A stretch of DNA of 64,000 nt from a bacterium (GTDB lineage Bacteria; Patescibacteriota; Minisyncoccia; 1-14-0-10-42-19), in NCBI GenBank assembly GCA_030690215.1, contig JAUYHD010000029.1, forward strand, positions 14,568 through 78,567. Reading direction: 5' to 3'. This document shows positions 1 through 9,125 of the stretch, in pieces (the first letter of the stretch is position 1; each line of letters opens with the position of its first letter). The notes beneath the pieces were generated by a model. That model saw only the letters and a program-made list of their open reading frames with translations. It was not told the DNA's origin and ran no database searches. A program made the position numbers and the translations under genes.

Positions 1-47
1 TTTGTCATGATAATTATGTTATGAGTAATGGGTAATGAGCAAATGCC

Positions 48-1898
48 CTATTCAACGGTAACGCTTTTCGCGAGATTCCGGGGCTTATCGACATCGGTAC
101 CCCGAAACACGGCAACATAATACGCAAAAAGCTGCAACGGAATAACCGCAAGTATGGGACTTAACGATTCCCGTACCTGTGGGACAGAAATAACATGTTT
201 TGTGTATGTTGGGATAAGCGCGTCTCCCGCTGAAGCAACTACAATGACCGGCCCCTTGCGCGCGCGAATTTCTTGGATCGCAGACACCGTTTTCTCATAT
301 ACGCTATCGCGTAGCGCTACTACAAAAGTAGGAATGCTTGCGTCAATCAATGCGATTGGCCCGTGTTTTATTTCTCCTGCAGGATACCCCTCCGCGTGGA
401 TATATGATATTTCTTTCAACTTTAAGGAGCCCTCAAGAGCCGTTGGCCAATTATACCTCCTGCCCAAAAAAAGAAAGTTGTCGGCAGTATAAAATTTCTT
501 CGCTATTTTTTTTACCGCATCGCTTTCTTTGAGCACCGCCCTGCACTTATGCGAAAGCGCTAAAAGGTCTTTTAAAAACGCTTCGCGCTCTTTTTTGGGA
601 TGCATATTACGAATATCTCCCATGTATGCCGCACAGAGGGACAAAATCACAATTTGGGACACGAATGCCTTTGTTGAAGCAACCGCTATTTCTGGCCCCG
701 CGTGGTTGTATAAGCCTGCATGCACCTCACGCGCGATTGATGAGCCGACAACATTTACAATACCGATAGTAAGCGCACCCTGTTTTTTTGCCTCCCGCAC
801 TGCTTCCAGCGTATCTGCAGTCTCTCCCGACTGCGAGACAGCAACGACAAGAACGTCTTTATCCACCACATGAGGCGCGTATCGGAACTCTGAGGCATAA
901 GCGACCTCAACGGGTAACGCCGCCATCTCTTCAAAAAGATATTTCCCGATAAGCCCCGCGTAATAGGATGTACCGCACGCAACAATCACAATGCGCTTTA
1001 TAGACGCGAGTTTCTTTTGGATCGCTTCAATCCCGCCAAGTTTAATAATATTTTCTTTTACAAGCACGCGGCCGCGAAGCGCGTTATCAATCACATCGGG
1101 GATTTCGTGAATTTCTTTCAGCATAAAATGAGGGAATCCTCCTTTTTGGGATTCTTCTATGGTCCAATCAACAAGTGTTGTTGGTTTTGAAACCGTATTA
1201 TTCGCGATATCAAATACACGGTGCCCTTTTGAGGAAAGTGAAATCATTTCATTATCGTCTAAATACAATACGCGTTTTGTGTGTTCGGCGATAGCGCTTA
1301 TGTCAGACGCAATAATATATTCCCCGTTTTTCCCTATTCCTACAAGTAACGGAGAGCCTCTTCGTGCCGCGACCAACGTAGAAGGCCAGCGAGAAGAAAG
1401 CGCGACAATGCCGAATGTCCCTCGCACATGATGGAGCGCTTGGCGAAGCGCGTCTTCAAAGGACGGCGCGCCAAACGCAAGCATCCGCTCAATAAGATGC
1501 ACGAGCACTTCAGAGTCGGTATGGGAACGGAATATATGCCCCTCACGCACAAGCGCTTCCCGCAAGAGTTCGTGGTTTTCTATAATGCCATTATGCACGA
1601 GCATTATTTCTTTTTTGCACCCGATATGCGGGTGGGCGTTTTGTTTTGTGGGGACGCCATGCGTCGCCCATCGAGTGTGGCCGATAACCGCGGTTTTCTC
1701 TTTCGCCTTTTTCCCCCGCAGTGCCGTTTTTAACGATTGGAGGCGGCCTACTGTTTTTATTACACAGGGCTCTGCGTTTTTTTCCGCAAAAAATGCTACC
1801 CCGGCGGAATCATATCCTCGGTATTCAAGACGTTCAAGCCCTTTTGTCACCACAGACATGCCGTCTTTTTCTCCTATGTATCCTACGATGCCGCACAT
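48..1898 (-). CDS. glmS: Glutamine--fructose-6-phosphate aminotransferase (isomerizing)
   Basis: N-terminal MCGIVG (Cys nucleophile), GHTRWATHG, SQSGETADT, C-terminal PRNLAKSVTVE. Confidence 0.98.
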   Translation of the reverse strand: MCGIVGYIGEKDGMSVVTKGLERLEYRGYDSAGVAFFAEKNAEPCVIKTVGRLQSLKTALRGKKAKEKTAVIGHTRWATHGVPTKQNAHPHIGCKKEIMLVHNGIIENHELLREALVREGHIFRSHTDSEVLVHLIERMLAFGAPSFEDALRQALHHVRGTFGIVALSSRWPSTLVAARRGSPLLVGIGKNGEYIIASDISAIAEHTKRVLYLDDNEMISLSSKGHRVFDIANNTVSKPTTLVDWTIEESQKGGFPHFMLKEIHEIPDVIDNALRGRVLVKENIIKLGGIEAIQKKLASIKRIVIVACGTSYYAGLIGKYLFEEMAALPVEVAYASEFRYAPHVVDKDVLVVAVSQSGETADTLEAVREAKKQGALTIGIVNVVGSSIAREVHAGLYNHAGPEIAVASTKAFVSQIVILSLCAAYMGDIRNMHPKKEREAFLKDLLALSHKCRAVLKESDAVKKIAKKFYTADNFLFLGRRYNWPTALEGSLKLKEISYIHAEGYPAGEIKHGPIALIDASIPTFVVALRDSVYEKTVSAIQEIRARKGPVIVVASAGDALIPTYTKHVISVPQVRESLSPILAVIPLQLFAYYVAVFRGTDVDKPRNLAKSVTVE

Positions 1899-1938
1899 AT
1901 AAATAATTTAAAATGTAAATATCAAAATGCAAAATTAT

Positions 1939-2010
1939 TCCGATTTCATCGAGAATCCTCGGTGCCGACTACGTCGAGCATTCTCGGTAAAACCAGAACA
2001 AAGTCGGGAC
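1939..2010. repeat. GC-rich palindromic element (GTCCCGAC-type end) within a heptamer-repeat tract
   Basis: CGAGAATCCTCG..CGAGCATTCTCG hairpin, ends in GTCGGGAC like elements at 6739 and 45049; flanked by AAAATGT/AAATATC/AAAATGC and AAATTCT units. Confidence 0.55.
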
Positions 2011-2054
2011 AAATTCTAAATTATACATTCACAATATGGGCAGGGGTATATAAT

Positions 2055-2810
2055 CTACTTCTCTAACCGATCCCACAACATATCAAATAATAAACGCTGC
2101 GTGCGCGCTATTTTCCCATCATCAATACGAACACCAAACGGCGTATCATCTTCTGCAACCGAAATTAATGCGATTTTTGGCCCATACACAATCATATAGG
2201 CGGGGGCATCGTGTGTGACTATTTTTCGTTCAGCCATAGCTATGTGTTTCGGGTCAGCTCCCTCCCCAAGCCCGATTACTTTTGTAAAAATTCCTCGTTT
2301 TACTTTTTCTTTCGTAAAATTCGGAAACAGCTTATATAAATAACTGCGAACTGATTTTGAAGAATACAACACGTACTCTTTCTCATTTTTTTCTTGCGTA
2401 AGCGTCTCGAGCACATCATCAAGGATTTTTTTTATACCTTCGTCGGAATCAAAGTATTCAACACGCGGCCGTCCGCCTTGTTTCGCGTAGAGCGACATAA
2501 GCTGCGGCATTACTTCTTCAATTTTTTTTGTCTGGTCGCGAAGCGCGCGTCCCCTCTCTTCCAATACCGCAACAATATTTTTTGGGGGCGCGAGTAAAAA
2601 TCGGCGCCGCGATCCTTGGCGCTCCGAAAGCAAAAGGCCTTTTTCTAAAAGCGTCTCAAGGATATCGTGAACCGTACCCCGATTGATTCCGGTCCGCATA
2701 GACAGTTCTCGCACTGTTCCTCGCCCAAGAGGCAAAAGAGCGTCATATACCGTAATCTCTTTGTCATTTAAATCTATGCTTTTGAGCACTGTTTGAAGTT
2801 CTGGGACCAT
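2055..2810 (-). CDS. TrmB-family transcriptional regulator
   Basis: N-terminal wHTH (LNDKEITVYDALL..INRGTVHDILETLLEKGL) plus C-terminal effector-like domain. Confidence 0.85.
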   Translation of the reverse strand: MVPELQTVLKSIDLNDKEITVYDALLPLGRGTVRELSMRTGINRGTVHDILETLLEKGLLLSERQGSRRRFLLAPPKNIVAVLEERGRALRDQTKKIEEVMPQLMSLYAKQGGRPRVEYFDSDEGIKKILDDVLETLTQEKNEKEYVLYSSKSVRSYLYKLFPNFTKEKVKRGIFTKVIGLGEGADPKHIAMAERKIVTHDAPAYMIVYGPKIALISVAEDDTPFGVRIDDGKIARTQRLLFDMLWDRLEK

Positions 2811-2862
2811 AATTTTATGGTATTTTAATGGAATTATTTGTCAACAAATTCTCTGCATAAGC

Positions 2863-2871
2863 TGTGGATAA
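2863..2871 (-). promoter_or_regulatory. Perfect DnaA-box-like 9-mer upstream of the TrmB gene
   Basis: TGTGGATAA = reverse complement of TTATCCACA; degenerate copy TCTGCATAA at 2852-2860. Confidence 0.4.
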
Positions 2872-2978
2872 CACTTAAAAACCCCTTTATTCCAACAAAA
2901 AAGCCGGCACTTTTGACAAAATACCGGCTTATTTTTTAATAATTTTTGCATACACATACAGACACGCACAAAAATATC

Positions 2979-3512
2979 TTAATAAACAAATGGGAGCAAC
3001 CTATACGGAGTTTTCTTGGTGAACATAGCCCATTCTCCAGGAAAAGCGTTTTGTAAAACTTTTTCCTCCTTTCGTACTTGGTAGATAAAAGCAAGAACGC
3101 TGAATATATTAAGAAAGAAAAACGGGCTAAAAAACACTAGCTCTATACCGCACCCCACAAAAAGAGTCCCCGTGTAGATGGGATTTCTTACGAAACGATA
3201 TACCCCTCGTACAATAAGACGATTTGGCGCCTCCATAACAGCCGCGGCCCGATAATTTTCGGCCAACAATAAACGAGAATAACTTGCGATAAGCACTCCC
3301 GCAAGAAAAAGCGCTACTCCTGCGCACGATGCCCACAAAGGAACATGCTTTGACACCCCGAACCCAACGAACAGTTGTAAGCAGAAAAATAACACAACGC
3401 CTCCGTCAAGAATCCATGTTCGTATGTTGTTTGTATGTTTTTCAATCGCAAAATAAAGCATCCATTTAACAGAAAAGTATACTGCCAGCCCCGCGATAAG
3501 AATTATCTGCAT
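2979..3512 (-). CDS. ICMT/PEMT-family membrane methyltransferase
   Basis: Multiple TM segments; LIVRGVYRFVRNPIY and EEKVL..F..W motifs; SD AAGGAG upstream. Confidence 0.8.
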   Translation of the reverse strand: MQIILIAGLAVYFSVKWMLYFAIEKHTNNIRTWILDGGVVLFFCLQLFVGFGVSKHVPLWASCAGVALFLAGVLIASYSRLLLAENYRAAAVMEAPNRLIVRGVYRFVRNPIYTGTLFVGCGIELVFFSPFFFLNIFSVLAFIYQVRKEEKVLQNAFPGEWAMFTKKTPYRLLPFVY

Positions 3513-3623
3513 TATTTTCTCCTTTCAAGGTAATATTACACGCATAGTACCATAAAAAATCCGTTTGCGCAAGAACAACAAAAAAAGCCCCAAAGAGAGA
3601 CTTTTTTATATTGCGTATACATT

Positions 3624-4769
3624 TTAAAGAATCATTGATTCTAAATCTTTTGGGAAAACATTCAAATTGCGGCATCCGTCTTTCTCAACAATAACTACGT
3701 CCTCAATGCGTATCCCCCCCGCCAGTATGTGCCCGTTGGCTTTCGGATAATATAATCCGGGCTCTATCGTTATCGCATAACGCTCTTCAAGAATAATGCC
3801 GGGGGTTCCTATCCGGGGATACTCGTGTATCTCAAGACCTAAACCATGTCCCGTTGAATGGATAAAACCTCTTCCGTTTTTAGGGTCTCTTGGGTAGCCG
3901 CTTTCTTCAAAAAATTCGAGTATCCAGTTATGGATATCGGCTCCGGCTACTCCAGCCCGCACCATTTTGATTCCTGTTGTCTGTGCTTTTAGCACTGTGT
4001 CATACATTTTCTTAAACTCTTCAGCGGGTTCTCCCTTAAAAACAGTGCGTGTCATATCGCCCCAGTAGTGTGTTTCCATATGTACCGGGAATATGTCAAT
4101 AATAATCGGCGAATATGCCAATAATACACCTGATCCCATATCATGAGGTTTTGCTGCTTGCGTACCGGACGCTACAATTGTCTCTCCTGCCAGATATCCG
4201 TTCTTATAAAGATGCAGGTTGATTATTTCCTTCACCTGCTCGGCTGTTACTTCTCGGCCTTCGTGACAAATCTTATCATTCTTTACGGAACATATTCGTA
4301 AAAAATCAATTGCCTTTTGCAGAGATGATTCAACTGTCTCCTGCGCATGCTTCAAGTATCCTATTTCTTCGTCGGTTTTTATGATGCGGTCCTGATAAAA
4401 AGGCGGATCCTGAAACCGAACCATAAACCTTTTCCGCAGAAACTCCGCGGATTTCGCGGGGAAATCTGAAGGAAGAACAACCCTTCTAACACCATGTTCT
4501 TCTAAAAATTTGCGCGTGACAGCTGCTTTTTCTTTTGATGTCATCCTCCGCTCGCTTCTAAAGGTAGCTGTGTTGATTACTTCATCAACTTTCGCCTCCT
4601 CCTTTGCTCTCCCGTATTCAAGCTCGTTTGTAAAAAGGAATGTACTGCCATTAACCTCTACAAAAAATACGGGGTCGGGAACGGCAAAACGGGTTTTCCA
4701 TAATATATCTTCGGAAGGATGCCCTCCGCCCATCATGGTAGAACCATACAATATCCTTGCTTCTTTCAT
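3624..4769 (-). CDS. Xaa-Pro aminopeptidase (M24B)
   Basis: DIFP..YWGDMTRT, HSTGHGLGLEIHE, TIEPGLY, GGIRIED; start refined to ATG 4769 after SD AGGAGGG. Confidence 0.93.
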   Translation of the reverse strand: MKEARILYGSTMMGGGHPSEDILWKTRFAVPDPVFFVEVNGSTFLFTNELEYGRAKEEAKVDEVINTATFRSERRMTSKEKAAVTRKFLEEHGVRRVVLPSDFPAKSAEFLRKRFMVRFQDPPFYQDRIIKTDEEIGYLKHAQETVESSLQKAIDFLRICSVKNDKICHEGREVTAEQVKEIINLHLYKNGYLAGETIVASGTQAAKPHDMGSGVLLAYSPIIIDIFPVHMETHYWGDMTRTVFKGEPAEEFKKMYDTVLKAQTTGIKMVRAGVAGADIHNWILEFFEESGYPRDPKNGRGFIHSTGHGLGLEIHEYPRIGTPGIILEERYAITIEPGLYYPKANGHILAGGIRIEDVVIVEKDGCRNLNVFPKDLESMIL

Positions 4770-4913
4770 TTTTTCCCTCCTGTTAACGTTCAAAGCTGTA
4801 AACACCATACCACGAAAATCTCATAAAAACAACCACAAAAGGCAATATGCGGGTGCATTACCTGGCGCTATTGAAAAAAAATGAAAAATGTGTAATAATA
4901 TATGACATATGAG

Positions 4914-5030
4914 TCCCGTTAGAGGCCGCGATCGGGTGTGCCATTGCGGGGGCATCAGATATTCATATATTATAAGCTATCTTAATTTCTGGTAGATTGC
5001 ATCATTGATCGCGACCTGCCTCTAACGGGA
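4914..5030. mobile_element. 117-bp miniature inverted-repeat element (CCCGTTAGA family)
   Basis: Ends TCCCGTTAGAGG / CCTCTAACGGGA, inner CGCGATC/GATCGCG; flanks TGAG/TGAA; last base is the A of the next ATG. Confidence 0.7.
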
Positions 5031-5722
5031 TGAAGGCTGTTATCTTGGCTGCAGGCGAAGGAACCCGCATGCGGCCGCTCACCAACGACACGCCAAAACC
5101 CATGCTTTTTGTTTCAGGAAAGCCGCTTCTTCTGCATATGCTGGACTCTCTCCCTGAAGAAATAAATGAAATCATTCTTGTTACCGGTTATCTTGAAGAA
5201 AAGATCAAAGCATATTTTGGAGAACAATTCGGGAGATTCCGCATCCGTTACATAAAGCAGAACGAAAAAAAAGGCACGGGCGACGCGCTATTTCTGTGCA
5301 AGCCGTTTTTCGCAAAAAACGAGCGTTTTCTCGTAATGTACGCTGACGACCTTCATTCAAAAAAAGCGATAGAAGAAGTTATAAAACACCCCTTAGCCAT
5401 ACTTGTAAAAGAAGTTGAAAACCCTCGAGCATTTGGCGTGATTACAACTGATGAAAACGGACATATCCGCGAATTTGTAGAGAAGCCCGAAGTCCCGCCC
5501 TCCAACCTCGTATCAATAGGAGTGCAGTTGCTTGACGAGCGAATTTTTTCATACCCGCTGGAAAAACACGCAAACGGGGAATATTATTTAGTAGACGCGG
5601 TGGCGCACATGGCTCGCGACTACAAAATAAAAACGATACATACTGATTTTTGGATCCCTATAGGATACCCGGAAGATCTCAAAAAAGCGGAAGATTACTT
5701 CAATCAAAAAAAGTCCGCCTAA
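5030..5722 (+). CDS. Sugar-phosphate nucleotidyltransferase (GlmU N-terminal/RmlA-like)
   Basis: MKAVILAAGEGTRMRPLT..PKPML, GTGDAL, FVEKP, IGYPEDL. Confidence 0.9.
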   Translation: MKAVILAAGEGTRMRPLTNDTPKPMLFVSGKPLLLHMLDSLPEEINEIILVTGYLEEKIKAYFGEQFGRFRIRYIKQNEKKGTGDALFLCKPFFAKNERFLVMYADDLHSKKAIEEVIKHPLAILVKEVENPRAFGVITTDENGHIREFVEKPEVPPSNLVSIGVQLLDERIFSYPLEKHANGEYYLVDAVAHMARDYKIKTIHTDFWIPIGYPEDLKKAEDYFNQKKSA

Positions 5723-5788
5723 TCGGCGAGACTTATTGCCCGCCTAGTCGGCGAGGCTTTCAGAAGAATGGCCCGCCTAGTCGGCGAG
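5715..5788. repeat. Three REP-like hairpin copies CCGCCTARTCGGCGAG between convergent genes
   Basis: Copies at 5715, 5740, 5773; the first contains the TAA stop of the upstream CDS. Confidence 0.8.
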
Positions 5789-5819
5789 GATTGATGAGAA
5801 ATCCCCGTTAAAAGGCTTT

Positions 5820-8456
5820 TTATAGAACAATATTTACAAGACGTTTTGGAATTACAATTATTTTTTTCGGCGGACTGCCTTTCAGCAATTCTTGTATGTG
5901 CGGGCGCGAGAGCGCCTGCTTTTCCATTTCTTCTTTTGATACGTCTATCGGCGCTTGAAACTTATCGCGCATCTTTCCATTGATCTGGACTACCAACTCA
6001 AATGTTTCTTCTTTTATTTTTTCTTGGTCAAACGAAGGCCACAAAGACACATGGATTGATTTTTTTTCTCCAAGCATTTCCCATAATTCTTCGGCGAGAA
6101 AGGGGGCGAAAGGCGCGAGCAATTGCAAAAATATTTTTAAATCGTTATGAGTTATGAGCAATGAGTTACTCTCAAATTCTCGCAATAAAATCATTAACTG
6201 CGATATTGCGGTATTATAATTCAGCGACTCTATATCTTCCGTCACCTTTTTAATTGATTGATGTAATATTTTTTCAATTTTGTTTCGTCCCCCTGATTCC
6301 TGATTCTTAATTCCTAATTCCTGTCCCAGTTTCCATACTCGTTCCAAAAACCGCGTTATTCCTTTAATACCATCGTCCCGAAAATCCCCTCCTTGTTCAA
6401 ACGGCCCCAAAAACATGAGATACATACGGAGCGCATCGGCGCCATATGCCTTGATATATATGTCGGGGTTTACAACATTACCGCGCGACTTGGACATTTT
6501 TGCGCCATCTTTTATTAAGAGGCCGTGTGCCCGGAATTGTGCAAACGGTTCATTAAAACCAACCAATCCCCAATCGTAAAATACTTTCGCAAGAAAACGA
6601 GTATATAAGAGATGAAGCACTGCATGTTCCGCTCCCCCGATATACATATGCACCGGCAACCACTTCGCCATCATTTCTTTAAATGATGAATTTTTAATTT
6701 TTCCGCCCGAGGCGGATCCGCCTTTGGCGGACAATTTCTCCCGACGTAAAGTCGGGATCCCGACTTCATTATTTAAAGATATAAATGGTACGTCGGGACA
6801 ATTTTCAAATTTCATTAAATACCCAATATAGTACCATGCGGAATCTAAGAAGGTGTCCGATACATCGGTTTCTCGGCGCGCTTTTTGCCCGCATTTCGGG
6901 CAGTCGATTTCGTAAAACTTTTTTACCGCTGCAAGAGGCGACGTAGTGCTTCCCGTGGGCTTAAACTCTTTTACATACGGCAAAACAACCGGTAAATCTT
7001 TTTCAGGAACCGAAAACCAGCCGGGATTTTCTAATTCCCCTTTGTTATATTCCTCTTTGTCCTCAATTCTTAATTCCATATTCTTAATTCTCTGAGCGCA
7101 GTTTTCGCAGAAAACGAGCGGTATTGGAGGCCCCCAATATCGCTGACGGCTGATTAACCAATCGCGAAGACGATAAGTCGTTGTTCTTTTTCCTCCTACT
7201 TTTTTGGCAATTTCCCATTTTGCCTTCTCCGATTCCATGCCATTAAATACATCCGAAGCAACTAAATGACCCTTCCCTGTATACGCCTCATCCAATATAG
7301 GGCATGTTTTTGCGGGGTAATGCGGGCATACAACCATAATCATTGGGAGATTATATTTCTTTGCAAACTCAAAATCTCTTGAGTCGTGCGCAGGGACTGC
7401 CATAATAGCACCCGTTCCCACCCCGCCTAGCACATAATCGGCAACCCAGATTGGGATTTCTTCATTATTTGCAGGATTGATTGCCATCACGCCTTCCAAT
7501 TGCACCCCTGTCTTGTCTTTATTATCGGTAATTCTTTCTTCTTCAGTCTTACTTTTTGTTTTCTCTATATACGCGCTAATTTCTTCTTTATTCCTGATTC
7601 TTGATTCTAACTTCTTAAGTAATTCGTGTTCTGGCGCAAGAACCATGTATGTCGCGCCAAACAATGTGTCGGGTCTTGTCGTAAAAACCCTGATACTTGA
7701 TTCAAAATTCTTAATTCTAAATTCTATTTCTGCGCCTTCACTCTCGCCTATCCAATTTTTCTGCGCGATTTTTACTTTCTCAGACCAATCAATATTCTTC
7801 AAATCATCCAACAAGCGTTTTGTATAATTCGTAATTTTGAAAAACCACTGCTCAAGTTCTTTTTTTATTACGATGCTGTCGCATCGTTCACATTTTCCTT
7901 GAATCACCTGCTCATCGGAAAGAACCGTTTTACACCCGGGGCACCAATTTACTTTTGCTTTTTTCCGGTAAGCCAACCCCCTTTTAAACATCTGCACAAA
8001 AATCCACTGAGTCCAACGGTAGTATTCAGGATCATATGTTTCGAGCTTTTCGTTCCACGCAAAACCATTGCCAATCATTCGGAGCTGGCTATAAAAATTC
8101 TTTGCGCTTTTTTCTGCAAGCTTCATCGGATGCGCCCCGATTTTGAGCGCGTAATTTTCCGAATGAATGCCAAATCCATCGAGTCCTATCGGCTCAAGTA
8201 CATCATATCCCTCCATCCGCTTTTTGCGACCATAAATATCAGCGCCTACAAATGCGTACATATTACCCACATGCAAACCTTCCGCCGACGGATACGGGAA
8301 CATCATGAGGTTATAAAATGGCCGCCTATGGCGAGCCTCGCTTGCGGCGGGCTTTTTTGCTCCGCCGCCTGGCGGATTTAAGTCGGGCTCATATAGCCCG
8401 TCGTCTTGCCATTTTTTCGTCCACTTTTTTTCTATCTGTTTAGGATTATATCTCAT
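5820..8456 (-). CDS. leuS: Leucine--tRNA ligase with several in-frame repeat insertions
   Basis: MFPYPSAEGLHVGN (HIGH), FTTRPDTLFG editing domain, WLISRQRYWG, KMSKS. Confidence 0.98.
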   Translation of the reverse strand: MRYNPKQIEKKWTKKWQDDGLYEPDLNPPGGGAKKPAASEARHRRPFYNLMMFPYPSAEGLHVGNMYAFVGADIYGRKKRMEGYDVLEPIGLDGFGIHSENYALKIGAHPMKLAEKSAKNFYSQLRMIGNGFAWNEKLETYDPEYYRWTQWIFVQMFKRGLAYRKKAKVNWCPGCKTVLSDEQVIQGKCERCDSIVIKKELEQWFFKITNYTKRLLDDLKNIDWSEKVKIAQKNWIGESEGAEIEFRIKNFESSIRVFTTRPDTLFGATYMVLAPEHELLKKLESRIRNKEEISAYIEKTKSKTEEERITDNKDKTGVQLEGVMAINPANNEEIPIWVADYVLGGVGTGAIMAVPAHDSRDFEFAKKYNLPMIMVVCPHYPAKTCPILDEAYTGKGHLVASDVFNGMESEKAKWEIAKKVGGKRTTTYRLRDWLISRQRYWGPPIPLVFCENCAQRIKNMELRIEDKEEYNKGELENPGWFSVPEKDLPVVLPYVKEFKPTGSTTSPLAAVKKFYEIDCPKCGQKARRETDVSDTFLDSAWYYIGYLMKFENCPDVPFISLNNEVGIPTLRREKLSAKGGSASGGKIKNSSFKEMMAKWLPVHMYIGGAEHAVLHLLYTRFLAKVFYDWGLVGFNEPFAQFRAHGLLIKDGAKMSKSRGNVVNPDIYIKAYGADALRMYLMFLGPFEQGGDFRDDGIKGITRFLERVWKLGQELGIKNQESGGRNKIEKILHQSIKKVTEDIESLNYNTAISQLMILLREFESNSLLITHNDLKIFLQLLAPFAPFLAEELWEMLGEKKSIHVSLWPSFDQEKIKEETFELVVQINGKMRDKFQAPIDVSKEEMEKQALSRPHIQELLKGSPPKKIIVIPKRLVNIVL
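6702..6731. repeat. 30-bp double hairpin TCCGCC-N3-GGCGGA x2, in frame in leuS (SAKGGSASGG)
   Basis: TCCGCCCGAGGCGGATCCGCCTTTGGCGGA; near-identical intergenic copy at 23776-23805. Confidence 0.9.
6739..6798. repeat. 60-bp double hairpin (GTCGGGATCCCGAC core), in frame in leuS
   Basis: Encodes PDVPFISLNNEVGIPTLRR; homologous in reverse orientation to intergenic element 45049-45130. Confidence 0.85.
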
Positions 8457-8515
8457 TTTTTCTTGCCCCGAGCGTAGTCGAGGGGGTCTATTTTTTTAGG
8501 GTTATATCGCTGCAT
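8453..8515 (-). CDS. 20-aa upstream mini-ORF duplicating the LeuS N-terminus
   Basis: MQRYNPKKIDPLDYARGKKK*; TGA overlaps the leuS ATG (ATGA); -10-like TATTCT 6 nt upstream. Confidence 0.55.
   Translation of the reverse strand: MQRYNPKKIDPLDYARGKKK
8462..8485. repeat. 24-bp CTTGCCCCGAGC..GTCGAGGGG palindromic element
   Basis: Same unit as the tandem array at the 5' end of mnmA. Confidence 0.85.
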
Positions 8516-8551
8516 TTCCTTAGAATAGCGTATTTTTTTTACTTACTCAAT

Positions 8552-8577
8552 AAAAAAACCGCATATACATGCGGTTT
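8552..8577 (-). terminator. Intrinsic terminator
   Basis: AAACCGCAT/ATGCGGTTT stem followed by a T-run on the minus strand. Confidence 0.7.
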
Positions 8578-8584
8578 ATAAAAA

Positions 8585-8968
8585 CTACGGCGGCGAGGGC
8601 CAGGAATAATCGCTAAACCTTACCGGAAACATTGGCCTCATTAATAAAATATCGGGCCTACTAAAAACAATGCTTTTAGTTTGAACGGGTAAGGGAACAT
8701 ATATCCCTTCTTTCTGTACGACGGTAAATGGGAAGCCGGTCTTCTGCGTATCCAATTGAAGATGCGCGTCTAAAAATTTCTGATGAAATACACCTTTTTC
8801 AAAACTATCCAATCTTATTTGAAGATCTATTTTTGTAGGATCGTCTATCTTCCGATATGCTTTGAAGCGAACCTCCATCTCATTTGCCGGCATAATAAAA
8901 GAACTATATGCATAAAATAAAAACAAGCCTACCAACACCCCACCAATAAAGGGCAAGGACTTTTTCAT
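8585..8968 (-). CDS. Hypothetical membrane-anchored protein
   Basis: N-terminal TM helix, strong SD AGGAGG, own terminator. Confidence 0.7.
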   Translation of the reverse strand: MKKSLPFIGGVLVGLFLFYAYSSFIMPANEMEVRFKAYRKIDDPTKIDLQIRLDSFEKGVFHQKFLDAHLQLDTQKTGFPFTVVQKEGIYVPLPVQTKSIVFSRPDILLMRPMFPVRFSDYSWPSPP

Positions 8969-9125
8969 TTATGTAACCTCCTATCAAGTTTTTTTTATTT
9001 TATAGAACGCATCCTCATCTGTCAATATATATATAAAAATTTACCCAACGAATACAGATTTTCTTTTCCGGCACAGAGGAAATCGTAAAAAGAAAAATGG
9101 CCATCAATACAAGGGGTGTTCTGCT

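Noticed and set aside
1899-2054. glmS ribozyme upstream of glmS
   Set aside because: The conserved AGCGCC cleavage-site core was not found; the hairpin resembles the dispersed GTCCCGAC repeat family. A cmsearch with the glmS model would settle it.
2852-2871. Replication origin
   Set aside because: Only one perfect DnaA box in a short spacer, with no dnaA/dnaN context.
5715-5788. Possible mini CRISPR array
   Set aside because: Repeats are 16 bp with 9- and 17-bp spacers, too short and uneven; no cas genes nearby.
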